Shown here: positions 18,402 through 27,144 of the stretch, one piece after another | Layout: each line of letters opens with the position of its first letter | Position numbering within the stretch: position 1 is the stretch's first letter | Source of the DNA: Escherichia phage RB3 | Sequence record: KM606994 | Length of the DNA: 64,000 nucleotides | Strand: one strand, 5' to 3' | The notes under the pieces: generated by a model | What the model saw: only the letters and a program-made list of their open reading frames with translations | The model's database searches: none | What the model was told of the DNA's origin: nothing | Position numbers and translations under genes: made by a program

Positions 18402-19128
18402 TTAGGATTCTTCTAAATGTCTTTTCTGAAAAGTTGATACCATACTACGATACGGTTCATTTGGATACCCGTGTTTTATAGCTTCCTTTGTAAATTTTCT
18501 CCATCCATATTTAGTTTTTTTCCAAAGCTCGAATAATTCATCTTCATATTGCCATATAGTTAAATGAGAACGCTTTGCAGCTTTAATTCCATTAATATGC
18601 TTTTCTTTTACTACAGGATTGCTTAGTTTCTTTTTAATAATATTACTAACTTTTCTAACAAAAACTGGGTCCTTATATCGTTGCGAAGTTTTTATTGAAG
18701 TGTTTAATTTAGCTTCCGGCGTGGATGTAACCTCTTTCATCTTTTTCTTCATATGCTGTATATGATTAGGATTTTTCCATAAATTTATAGAATGCTTTTT
18801 GCATTTTATCCTAGTTTCATCTGCAACCTTTCCTCCTTCACCCCCCCCCCCCGTATGACAGGTTAACACAGTTTTTTCCATATTTCAATTTACCTGCCAT
18901 GATATATAATATTTCAGCTTGTACCATTTTATCATAATTATCAAAAACTTCTAAAACCGTTTTTGATAATATGTGGTCATTTGACACTTTTACACGTTCT
19001 ATATAATTTCCACTACCAACATACGAATCATTGATGTTATTAGTTATATGTCGACCATAATAGTATTTCTTAATACCTGTCTTTAAATTTAATATTTCAG
19101 TTTTATAGATAGTAAAATATTTTTTCAT
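18402..19128 (-). pseudogene. GIY-YIG homing endonuclease gene interrupted by a frameshift at a 12-nt homopolymer
   Basis: N-terminal ORF (18838-19128) has the GIY-YIG module YFTIYKT...KKYYYGRH and ends GGGG-stop; C-terminal ORF (18402-18881) has basic repeats; C12 run at 18841-18852 joins them. Confidence 0.65.
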
Positions 19129-20105
19129 TTTAATAATACCGTTTCAGCAATTTCTTCCCAATGGTTTTTGTCGGTCATAATAAAGTCAGCAAGATAAAGT
19201 GCAGTACGCAGTGAAACATTGCGTAAACGATTAACATTGACTTTCATCCATGATAATGCTTTATAAGTTTCTTCATCAGAAAGACCGCGCTTTTGCATCA
19301 TGTCAGTTGAAAGAATAACATCTTCAACCCTGACCATAATTTCTTCATTAGTGTGAACACCCAAATCCAAATAAACTGAGCGGGACACTAATGCTTGTAA
19401 GTGTGGGGCAAGTTTAGTACCACGGTCTAATTCGCGGTCAATGTCAACGTTTGTGATAAAAACAATCGTTCCTTTAAATTCAAACTCACGCTCAATGCCT
19501 TTTTCTTCTAAGTAAGAAGATGCAGTGCTCCAGCAGACTTTACGGGTCTCTCCAGTGTCCAGAGCAGCTTTTAGAAGATTAAGAATGTCCATATCAGAGA
19601 AAACATCCACATCATCAATCAAAAGGACAGAATTCTCTTCACGATTATTCCAAAGTTGTTCATAAAGACCGATACCGGAGATTTTACCGTTAATGCTTTT
19701 ATATTCAATGTATCCAATATCATTTGCTTTATTTAAAGCTTTATCTAAAGAATACGTTTTACCAATGCCTGCTGCTCCTGAGATAATTAATGAACGAATG
19801 TTTCCGTTAATAATACCATTCGTCATCATTCCCATAACATTAAATCTTTTATTAATGCGGGTTTTCATATCTTCATATGATTCTTTAACTTCTTCAACTT
19901 TTACGCCATCATATGAAATGTCTGATTTGTAAACCCAAACACCGCGACGCTTACCGTCAATTTCAACAAAAACTTTACCATCTCCTTGTGCATCTACCGG
20001 AGCATTATCTGGGAACCATTCGCCTAAGAGCTCAAAAGTTCCAGAGATTTCTTTACCAAAGTAGATACCCTTATTGATAGTTACAGTTTTCATTTTATTC
20101 TCCAA
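19125..20105 (-). CDS. AAA+/P-loop ATPase-like protein
   Basis: 326 aa; Walker A ISGAAGIGKT, Walker B VLLIDDVD, sensor-like FITN. Confidence 0.6.
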   Translation of the reverse strand: MENKMKTVTINKGIYFGKEISGTFELLGEWFPDNAPVDAQGDGKVFVEIDGKRRGVWVYKSDISYDGVKVEEVKESYEDMKTRINKRFNVMGMMTNGIINGNIRSLIISGAAGIGKTYSLDKALNKANDIGYIEYKSINGKISGIGLYEQLWNNREENSVLLIDDVDVFSDMDILNLLKAALDTGETRKVCWSTASSYLEEKGIEREFEFKGTIVFITNVDIDRELDRGTKLAPHLQALVSRSVYLDLGVHTNEEIMVRVEDVILSTDMMQKRGLSDEETYKALSWMKVNVNRLRNVSLRTALYLADFIMTDKNHWEEIAETVLLK

Positions 20106-20116
20106 ATCTGTATCAG

Positions 20117-20160
20117 TAGTTGATAGTTGTATAGTACCATAAAGCTTTATGCTTGTAAAC
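20117..20160 (-). promoter_or_regulatory. Early promoter cassette
   Basis: Same conserved sequence as 17970-18014 (tagttgatagttgtatagtacca ... gtaaac on plus strand). Confidence 0.6.
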
Positions 20161-20190
20161 CATTTTGTGAAAAATTTTTGAAATAAAAAA

Positions 20191-20208
20191 GGGAGCCCGA
20201 AGGCTCCC
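20191..20208 (-). terminator. UUCG hairpin plus U-run (intrinsic terminator / stability hairpin)
   Basis: Plus strand aaaaaagggagcccgaaggctccc; minus strand reads hairpin then UUUUUU. Confidence 0.6.
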
Positions 20209-20210
20209 TA

Positions 20211-21257
20211 TCATTTATAATAACTTCGATGGTTTTCGAGATACACCTTCTCAAGGAAGTCATCCCAGAAACCCATGTCCACTTTTTGCTGCATACCGTT
20301 CTTAGAAGCTTCAGTAGATGCTGCTTCTACTTGATCGACCACATCTTCCAAAAACTCTTGAACTGTTTTAAATGGATGCTTACCCAACTTCACGTCGAGA
20401 ATAAATGGAGCATCTTGGAGTGGATAAACCAAGTCACCAGTTTTGTAAATTTCCAATAGTTGGAGTCCACCACGACAAGCATGACTCAGAGCTTTCCAGT
20501 CAATGCCTTCATTGGCTTCGGCCTTACGAGCGCGTTCACCATATTCAGCATCTAATTTGTTCAGTGACTGCTTAAGCTCAATAAGAGAAAGAGTTGTCTG
20601 ATATTTACGACCCAACACAGTGTAGAACGTTTGTGGGCCTGTTTTCTCATGATTATGGAACACCCATTCACAGAATTCGTTTTCTGGAAGACGATGCTTA
20701 ATATCTTCAACTTTAGTGCGACGCTGCTTAATGGAACCGTCTTCTTGGTAATCAACCCATTGCTCAGGGATTTGATTAACTACTTTCAATACATCGCGTA
20801 ATGCAGCCAAACGAGAACCCTTGACACCGTATTTAGAAGCTTGCTTGCGAACATATCCTAAATAGGATTTCATGTTAGTCGTATAAAAACGAGAACGGTT
20901 GTCTTGAATAAACTTCCACACATCAGGCAAATCAGATTTAACTACTAGTTCAGGTGGAGTATGAAGCATATCTAATGCTACAGTTTCACCATCTGCTGCT
21001 AATTTAAAGAAATACTTAAGACTATACAATTCGTGGTCAATATCATCTTTAGTGTTTTTAGATGATGTATTGTTAGTGTTTTTACTCATATGCTCTTTAA
21101 CATTTCCGATAAGAATATCGCGAGCAGGAGGAACAAAGATTTCTTTAAAATCTACATCAGATTCTGGAGTAGAAGTTCCATAAAGATGACTACCAAAATA
21201 AGACTTAACTACAGTTTTCATTATTAGACCTTTCATAATCTTCATTAAATTGTACAA
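20211..21257 (-). CDS. Nucleotidyltransferase-fold protein (pol-beta superfamily-like)
   Basis: 348 aa; N-terminal GS-x-YG-x5-SDVDF signature; start may be the internal Met near 21221. Confidence 0.5.
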   Translation of the reverse strand: MYNLMKIMKGLIMKTVVKSYFGSHLYGTSTPESDVDFKEIFVPPARDILIGNVKEHMSKNTNNTSSKNTKDDIDHELYSLKYFFKLAADGETVALDMLHTPPELVVKSDLPDVWKFIQDNRSRFYTTNMKSYLGYVRKQASKYGVKGSRLAALRDVLKVVNQIPEQWVDYQEDGSIKQRRTKVEDIKHRLPENEFCEWVFHNHEKTGPQTFYTVLGRKYQTTLSLIELKQSLNKLDAEYGERARKAEANEGIDWKALSHACRGGLQLLEIYKTGDLVYPLQDAPFILDVKLGKHPFKTVQEFLEDVVDQVEAASTEASKNGMQQKVDMGFWDDFLEKVYLENHRSYYK

Positions 21258-21984
21258 TCAATCGATGATAATTAGATTTTGGATATCCTAATTTACTTAT
21301 ATAAGTTCCGAATGACCCACGTTTAGGTCTATTTAATTTAATCCATAACTTATAAAGTAAGTCATAGTCTTGCCAATGTTTACCAGTTCTTTGTCTAATT
21401 TTAGATGAATTTGATTGTTTCTTTTTAGTTTCAAAATTATTCAAAGATTTTTTGACTGCAGCAGAGTGTTTTTCTTTAACTCCCGGTCGTTTAAAAGCAG
21501 CTTTCACCCCTTTAGATATTTTTTCTTTAACTTCCGGTTTGTTTTGTGCTTCTAACTGGGATTCTGAAATTTTAGCCCTTATTTCAGGAAGACTTAATGT
21601 TATCGAACGTTTTTCTCTGTATTCATTAGACTTCCACATTTCTTTCATTGTATTAGAATGTATTTTTGAAAATTTTTCTCTAACTAACTGATATCCTCTT
21701 GAAGTTAATTTGAGATTTCTTCCTAAAGAATCTTCTCCAAAATTATAAAATGACCACCATGCATAAATTAATCCAGGCGAATTATAATGAATTTTAGCTA
21801 AAAGCCAATGGGCTATAAAATGCTCTCTAGCTGTTAATAAAACTAGATTATCAGAATCATCATTACCACCAATACAAGATGGAATAATATGATGCTTTTC
21901 CGTATAAAAATTTAATTTAGATTTATCTAATTTTCTGAGTTTTCCTTTCTTAATTAAATTATTATATACTTTAGTATAATTCAT
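21205..21984 (-). CDS. mobD: HNH homing endonuclease (mob-like)
   Basis: 259 aa; HNH motif EKHHIIPSCIGGNDDSDNLVLLTAREHFIAHW and a basic C-terminus; symbol by synteny. Confidence 0.65.
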   Translation of the reverse strand: MNYTKVYNNLIKKGKLRKLDKSKLNFYTEKHHIIPSCIGGNDDSDNLVLLTAREHFIAHWLLAKIHYNSPGLIYAWWSFYNFGEDSLGRNLKLTSRGYQLVREKFSKIHSNTMKEMWKSNEYREKRSITLSLPEIRAKISESQLEAQNKPEVKEKISKGVKAAFKRPGVKEKHSAAVKKSLNNFETKKKQSNSSKIRQRTGKHWQDYDLLYKLWIKLNRPKRGSFGTYISKLGYPKSNYHRLIVQFNEDYERSNNENCS

Positions 21985-22058
21985 TGGTTCTTCGTCTCAT
22001 TTAATTTTGCTTTGCATTTATAACACATGTCTGTTCCACTTGAAATAAACATATTTCC

Positions 22059-22613
22059 TCACTTTGAAATCATAGTTGGAATAACAGAATCAAGATAAGT
22101 CTTTAACGCAATAGCTTCGTCTTTGTTTAATGTAATGATATGTGATCGAAAATCGTCAATTTGACGAATAGATACTACATCTCCCTCTTCATAGCATTTT
22201 GACACATTTAAAATAGTTTCATCATTCTGATTACAGGGGTTAGTAATAATAGCATTGCAATTTTTGAGCCATTTTAAACTATGTTTTCTTTCATTAGAAT
22301 AATAAAAATATTTAATCTTAGCTATAAAACTATCCCAATGGATAACTGATAAACACATTGACTCACTTTTAATATTAAATCCTGGGCATGAAGAATAAAA
22401 ATGAATTTTGTGCTCATCATTGATGCTTACTATTTTATCAGTATAAGGATATTCAATTTGGGTTAAATGAATAATTTCACTAGGTGTAAAATACAGCATA
22501 TCGTCTTCTTGCGTCAAACGATACATATTATTTACTTTTTCTATAGCCAATTCACCAAAAAGTGGACTAACTTCTAATACTAATCGTTTCATATTAATCC
22601 TTTTTAATGGCAT
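22059..22613 (-). CDS. Hypothetical protein
   Basis: 184-aa ORF. Confidence 0.5.
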   Translation of the reverse strand: MPLKRINMKRLVLEVSPLFGELAIEKVNNMYRLTQEDDMLYFTPSEIIHLTQIEYPYTDKIVSINDEHKIHFYSSCPGFNIKSESMCLSVIHWDSFIAKIKYFYYSNERKHSLKWLKNCNAIITNPCNQNDETILNVSKCYEEGDVVSIRQIDDFRSHIITLNKDEAIALKTYLDSVIPTMISK

Positions 22614-22872
22614 GAATTTGTTCTAAAATTTTAGAGTATTCCTTTATATCAGATTTACGTACAATCGATACACTATAAGGCATACTATCGGTGTCTTTTA
22701 TAAAGCGTTCCAAATGACACTCTAACAAAATTTCTGGATTATAAATCGTGTACATCAAATTACCTGTTGCTCCACGATATTGACAGATTTCTACTGATTG
22801 AGCATCATTCCACAATTTTGTTAAGACTAAATCACCTACTTCTAATTTAGGAAAGCCCATGTTATTCACCAA
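22594..22872 (-). CDS. Hypothetical protein
   Basis: 92-aa ORF. Confidence 0.45.
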   Translation of the reverse strand: MVNNMGFPKLEVGDLVLTKLWNDAQSVEICQYRGATGNLMYTIYNPEILLECHLERFIKDTDSMPYSVSIVRKSDIKEYSKILEQIHAIKKD

Positions 22873-23047
22873 TTAAAGTTTCAATATAAGAATCAAGATT
22901 TACTTTAGCTTCTTCCATAAGAGTTTTGTATTTAATCTTGTTAGCATGTCCGGAGAAAGCTGATTCATCAATAACTGTTGCTGTATGAACAGCTTTGCTA
23001 TATGTTTCAATTAATTCTCTTAATTTAAAAGCCTGCTCACTTGTCAT
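22862..23047 (-). CDS. Hypothetical small protein
   Basis: 61-aa ORF. Confidence 0.4.
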   Translation of the reverse strand: MTSEQAFKLRELIETYSKAVHTATVIDESAFSGHANKIKYKTLMEEAKVNLDSYIETLIGE

Positions 23048-23177
23048 TACATACTCCTCTGAATCATATCAATAATGTTATTCACCAAATTATAAGTAAA
23101 CATTGGGTAATTATATTGAATCATCACATACACAACAAACAAAACTTTCATTCTCTTCTCCTTGGCAGTTGACAAGA

Positions 23178-23209
23178 TTACTATACCATAACCTTGCCAA
23201 CTTGTAAAC
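23178..23209 (-). promoter_or_regulatory. T4-type early promoter
   Basis: Minus strand GTTTACA-spacer-TGGTATAGT. Confidence 0.55.
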
Positions 23210-23374
23210 CATTAAATGACGTTTTCGATAAAATTCTGAAGCTTTGTATGAGCATCAACCATGATTTTCATTTCTTCTTTGGCGAAAGCTATACCTCTTT
23301 CCCGAGAAGAACATTCATAGTCAGAAACTGCATTAGCGTATTCTTCAATTAGCTTCATTAAAAACATCTGCTTT

Positions 23375-23569
23375 TCAGTTTTCATTATTCCACCTAATCA
23401 TTTCAAGATATTGAACTAACTTAGCTTTAGATTTATCCAAATCCTTTTTAGCTGCTTCTATACCGTCGTATGAATATCCTTCACAATGCTCAACTGCTAA
23501 TTGATATGAATCTATTTCAATATCATGCGCTAATTTAATGATTTTTTCAAACTGTTCGCGTGTTAGCAT
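23375..23569 (-). CDS. Hypothetical small protein
   Basis: 64-aa ORF. Confidence 0.4.
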   Translation of the reverse strand: MLTREQFEKIIKLAHDIEIDSYQLAVEHCEGYSYDGIEAAKKDLDKSKAKLVQYLEMIRWNNEN

Positions 23570-23571
23570 AC

Positions 23572-23799
23572 TTACACTCTCGTATTATGATCGATAATTT
23601 CATCAAGAAACATATCTAACGCTTCTACAGCATTATTAAATTTAGCTTCAAATTCTTCAATACCTGATAAACCTGATAAGGCAAAGTTAATGCGTTCCTC
23701 ATCTGCTTTACGAATTAAAGCTACCAATTCCTTAATTTTGTCCGCTTGTTCGATACTAATCATTATTCCACCACATATGAAAGAGAGAATATTGCACAC
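23572..23799 (-). CDS. Hypothetical small protein
   Basis: 75-aa ORF. Confidence 0.4.
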
Positions 23800-23996
23800 G
23801 CCATGTGAGTTGCAACTTCATCACACATATTATAACGTTTCTTAAGAAGTTCTACAAGTTCTTCACTAGTAACTTCATCCATGTCGACGAAAAAATCACC
23901 ATTAATGATGACGTAGATATTTCCTTCTTGATTGAGTGCTTCAATTTTCATGATGTTCTCCTCTTTATCCGATAGTTGTATAGTACCACAGCTCAA
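23763..23996 (-). CDS. Hypothetical small protein
   Basis: 77-aa ORF downstream of the promoter cassette. Confidence 0.45.
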
Positions 23997-24009
23997 ACGG
24001 AAAGTAAAC
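23971..24009 (-). promoter_or_regulatory. Early promoter cassette
   Basis: Plus strand gatagttgtatagtacca ... gtaaac. Confidence 0.6.
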
Positions 24010-24025
24010 CGGTAAAATGAAAAAA

Positions 24026-24041
24026 GTCTCCCGAAGGAGAC
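24026..24041 (-). terminator. UUCG hairpin plus U-run
   Basis: Plus strand aaaaagtctcccgaaggagac; minus strand reads GUCUCC-UUCG-GGAGAC then UUUUU. Confidence 0.6.
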
Positions 24042-24046
24042 TAATG

Positions 24047-24433
24047 CTATTCGAGGGAAAGAAGATATTTACTTTGGTAAAACATTCCAGTAATATCATC
24101 TATCGTGCTTTGGATGGCTGGAGGCATTTCTTTATAAATGCTGTTAGATTGGTCTAGTATGCGATCAATCATTTTAATTGTGTCGGTAGGAAGTTTACTG
24201 GCATCTGGAATTGAAGGCGTGTATTTTCTACCAGAATACCCCAAATATTGCTCACCAAATTTATCAATCAAATCTGGCAACTCGGAGAAAATAAAATCGT
24301 ATGCTTTGTGTCTAGCATAACTTTTAGTTTCAAAATGTGCAGAATGAAAATAAGCTTGTGCAGCCATTAATAAACCTAAGTATTCATCTGCCTTTGAAGG
24401 TTTTCCACTTTGTGAAAAGTCGCTGAATTTCAT
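24047..24433 (-). CDS. Hypothetical protein (rI.-1 position)
   Basis: 128-aa ORF overlapping the rI stop. Confidence 0.5.
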
Positions 24434-24723
24434 TCAGTCTCCAATTTAATGTTCATAATTCTAGCGTATGATTGTGCCATCTCCGCGCCTCGTTCTATAC
24501 ATTCAAAATCAGAAGAGCACGGGTCATTTTTATAGGTCGTTCTCATAAAACTATAGAATTGTTCAGACGATTCTACGCTTTTATTTTCAAAAAGCATATA
24601 AACGTGCCTAATACCAGATTCCATAAATTTATCAAAATGAGGATCGACATTCGCTTCAATTGGTGGAGATAAAGCAAATGACAATCCTAGCATGGCAAAT
24701 AGTGCCGTTGCTTTTAAGGCCAT
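24430..24723 (-). CDS. rI: Lysis inhibition regulator rI
   Basis: 97 aa with an N-terminal signal-anchor; sequence (MALKATALFAMLGLSF...) matches my memory of T4 RI. Confidence 0.85.
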   Translation of the reverse strand: MALKATALFAMLGLSFALSPPIEANVDPHFDKFMESGIRHVYMLFENKSVESSEQFYSFMRTTYKNDPCSSDFECIERGAEMAQSYARIMNIKLETE

Positions 24724-24735
24724 AAAGGCCTCCTA

Positions 24736-24948
24736 TCATTTTTGTCCTGTATTTACTTTATGCCGATGCACGGCCTTAACTTTATCAAGGTATTTTTCAA
24801 AATTTCGCAATCTAGTATAGTCTGCCGGAGATTGGTTGAGTGATACTTCTCGACGCAAAGCTGAAATGATATTTCCAACTTCCCTACGAATTTCATCTAA
24901 TTGAAGCACAGTAAGATTGCGAAGTTGCTTTTCAGTTAATTGTAGCAT
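24736..24948 (-). CDS. Hypothetical small protein
   Basis: 70-aa ORF. Confidence 0.45.
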
Positions 24949-24990
24949 ATATACCCCTTTAGTTAGATAAACCTATTTATAACTTTTGCA

Positions 24991-25572
24991 CTAACCGAGC
25001 TTTTTAGTTAATTCATTCCAATGTTTTCTACACAAAGAAACATAAATTTCATCACCAATACAGATTTGATTACCTTCTTTAACTGGTGTTCCATCTTCCA
25101 TTAATCGAGCTGTCATAATCGCTTTTTTACCGCAATGACAAACTGCCTTTAGTTCAATAAGTTTATCTGCAATCGCTAAAAGTTCTTTAGAACCTTCAAA
25201 TAATTTTCCAGCGAAATCAGTCCTTAATCCATAAGCCATAACAGGAACATTATATGTATCAACAATTCGACTTAATTGATGCACCTGTTCAGTTTTTAAA
25301 AATTGGGCTTCATCTACAAATACGCAATGAATATCTTTTTGTGCTTCAGCCCATTTATAGAACTCGAAAATATCCATATCATCTGTAATAATATTCGCTT
25401 CCTGTTTAATTCCAATGCGAGAAACAACTTCACAGACAGAATCGCGAGTATCAATAGCGGGTTTAAGAACTAATACACTCATTCCACGTTCTTTATAATT
25501 ATGTGCGGCAGTCAAAAGAGAAGCAGATTTTCCAGCATTCATTGCTGCATAAGTAAAAATTAAACTCGCCAT
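24991..25572 (-). CDS. tk: Thymidine kinase
   Basis: 193 aa; P-loop AAMNAGKS and C-terminal Zn-ribbon cysteines; T4 Tk-like. Confidence 0.9.
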   Translation of the reverse strand: MASLIFTYAAMNAGKSASLLTAAHNYKERGMSVLVLKPAIDTRDSVCEVVSRIGIKQEANIITDDMDIFEFYKWAEAQKDIHCVFVDEAQFLKTEQVHQLSRIVDTYNVPVMAYGLRTDFAGKLFEGSKELLAIADKLIELKAVCHCGKKAIMTARLMEDGTPVKEGNQICIGDEIYVSLCRKHWNELTKKLG

Positions 25573-25581
25573 ATCACCTTC

Positions 25582-25767
25582 TTAAAGCGTATTCACATAA
25601 GCTATTAATTCATTTTCTTTCTTATCAAACCGATCAGCAAATTCTTCCTGCTGTTCGGGAGATAACGGGCCGTATTCATCATAAAAGGTGTTTGCTTCTG
25701 TATGCTCATCTAGAAGTTCATGGATAAGCTCAAATAATTTATCTTTTTGTTCTTTACTCAGACTCAT
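25582..25767 (-). CDS. Hypothetical acidic small protein
   Basis: 61-aa ORF. Confidence 0.45.
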   Translation of the reverse strand: MSLSKEQKDKLFELIHELLDEHTEANTFYDEYGPLSPEQQEEFADRFDKKENELIAYVNTL

Positions 25768-25933
25768 ATATTAATTTCCAGGAGTTTTAAAATAATTCGC
25801 TTTTGCTTAAATATTTCCATAGTTAAATGACCAGTATCTTTTTGACCGATTCCAATGGCAAAACCTTTATTAACAGCGAGTTCAATTAAATTATCAAGCT
25901 CACGTAACACTTCGTATTGTAACTCAAAACTAT

Positions 25934-26146
25934 TCATTTTGGTTTACCTTCTTTAACGAAATCTGGATAAGGATAAAATCCCGAATAAAATCCTTCACCT
26001 TTATGATTGATACATCCTTTATTAGAACAATAGCACCAATAATCGAAATCACAAGCCATTTCATCGTTGCATAAAGCAAAAACAACCGGCCACTTACACT
26101 TTTCACAATGGGCATTTTTAAGAATACTAGTTTGGCTCATAACCAT
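25934..26146 (-). CDS. Cysteine-rich small protein (putative Zn-binding)
   Basis: 70 aa with about 10 Cys, including CEKC and CYC. Confidence 0.45.
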   Translation of the reverse strand: MVMSQTSILKNAHCEKCKWPVVFALCNDEMACDFDYWCYCSNKGCINHKGEGFYSGFYPYPDFVKEGKPK

Positions 26147-26349
26147 GTCACCTTTAAGCAGTATTCTTCTACATGCTGTTTACGACCTTTCTTATCAATA
26201 AAGGTATATTCAACGAATGTTCCAATGTAGTCTTTATCTACATCATGTAGGCTATTAATTGGGCATTTAGTACGGCAAATGCGTTCCCATTGACGAATAA
26301 TTTCTGCTTTGTTTTTAGGATCAAACGGATGCGGGTAATGCACTTTCAT
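26137..26349 (-). CDS. Hypothetical small protein
   Basis: 70-aa ORF. Confidence 0.45.
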   Translation of the reverse strand: MKVHYPHPFDPKNKAEIIRQWERICRTKCPINSLHDVDKDYIGTFVEYTFIDKKGRKQHVEEYCLKVTWL

Positions 26350-26800
26350 AATCCACCACTATTAAATCAATATCAGGAGTAAACATGTCGATTAATTTAG
26401 AAACCTTATCCCAATCACCGCCAGCAATACCACAACCTATGCGTGGAATGTAAATTACTGGTTTAAACAAAAGGGTTTCTGCCTGTAGATTTAATTCTAT
26501 CATGCAGTTTACTAAAGCACCATAATCAAGATTAGGACCTGGTTCGTATTGCGTATACAAGTTATAACATATGCCAAAACCATTAGGTTTATGTTTAAAA
26601 ACAATAGACATATCACCGAGTTTTTCACGCGAACCATATTCAGTAGTAGTTTTATCTATTTCTAAAATTTTAGGATAGGCCCTTGCTAATTGACCCGCTA
26701 CACCTGAACCCATAGTATGAAAACAGTTACACCCGTGCGCAATAATATTACCTTCAAGAAAGAGGGCGACAATATCGCCCTTGATATATTTTACAATCAT
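26321..26800 (-). CDS. Macro-domain protein (ADP-ribose binding/hydrolase fold)
   Basis: 159 aa; KGDI...IIAHGCNCFHTMGSGVAGQLA and IPRIGCGIAGGDW resemble macrodomain motifs. Confidence 0.6.
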   Translation of the reverse strand: MIVKYIKGDIVALFLEGNIIAHGCNCFHTMGSGVAGQLARAYPKILEIDKTTTEYGSREKLGDMSIVFKHKPNGFGICYNLYTQYEPGPNLDYGALVNCMIELNLQAETLLFKPVIYIPRIGCGIAGGDWDKVSKLIDMFTPDIDLIVVDYESALPASV

Positions 26801-27144
26801 CTAGTACTCAATCCTCGATTATAAGAATCTACCAAACGGTCAACCATTGAATGACAAGCGGCTTTATCTTTCTCCTCCGCAACTGAACATTCTAAGGTAT
26901 TCCACTTTTTAGCATATCGTTTTAATAATGTATCGTTTTTGTATCTGCTTGATTTATCTCTTTCTCCGTCTTTATATGCATATATTAATTTCTGCGCAAA
27001 TTCAGCTTGGCATGCTTTATTTTTCCCACAATAATCTGCCGCAGTGCGATTTACATATTCTCTAATTTCAGTATATGATGTATCTGCTGACGCAGAAGCA
27101 GAAAATGAAATTAATCCTATACATAAAACCAAAATTTTAGTCAT
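26797..27144 (-). CDS. Small secreted/periplasmic protein
   Basis: 115 aa with an N-terminal signal peptide (MTKILVLCIGLISFSASASA). Confidence 0.5.
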   Translation of the reverse strand: MTKILVLCIGLISFSASASADTSYTEIREYVNRTAADYCGKNKACQAEFAQKLIYAYKDGERDKSSRYKNDTLLKRYAKKWNTLECSVAEEKDKAACHSMVDRLVDSYNRGLSTR

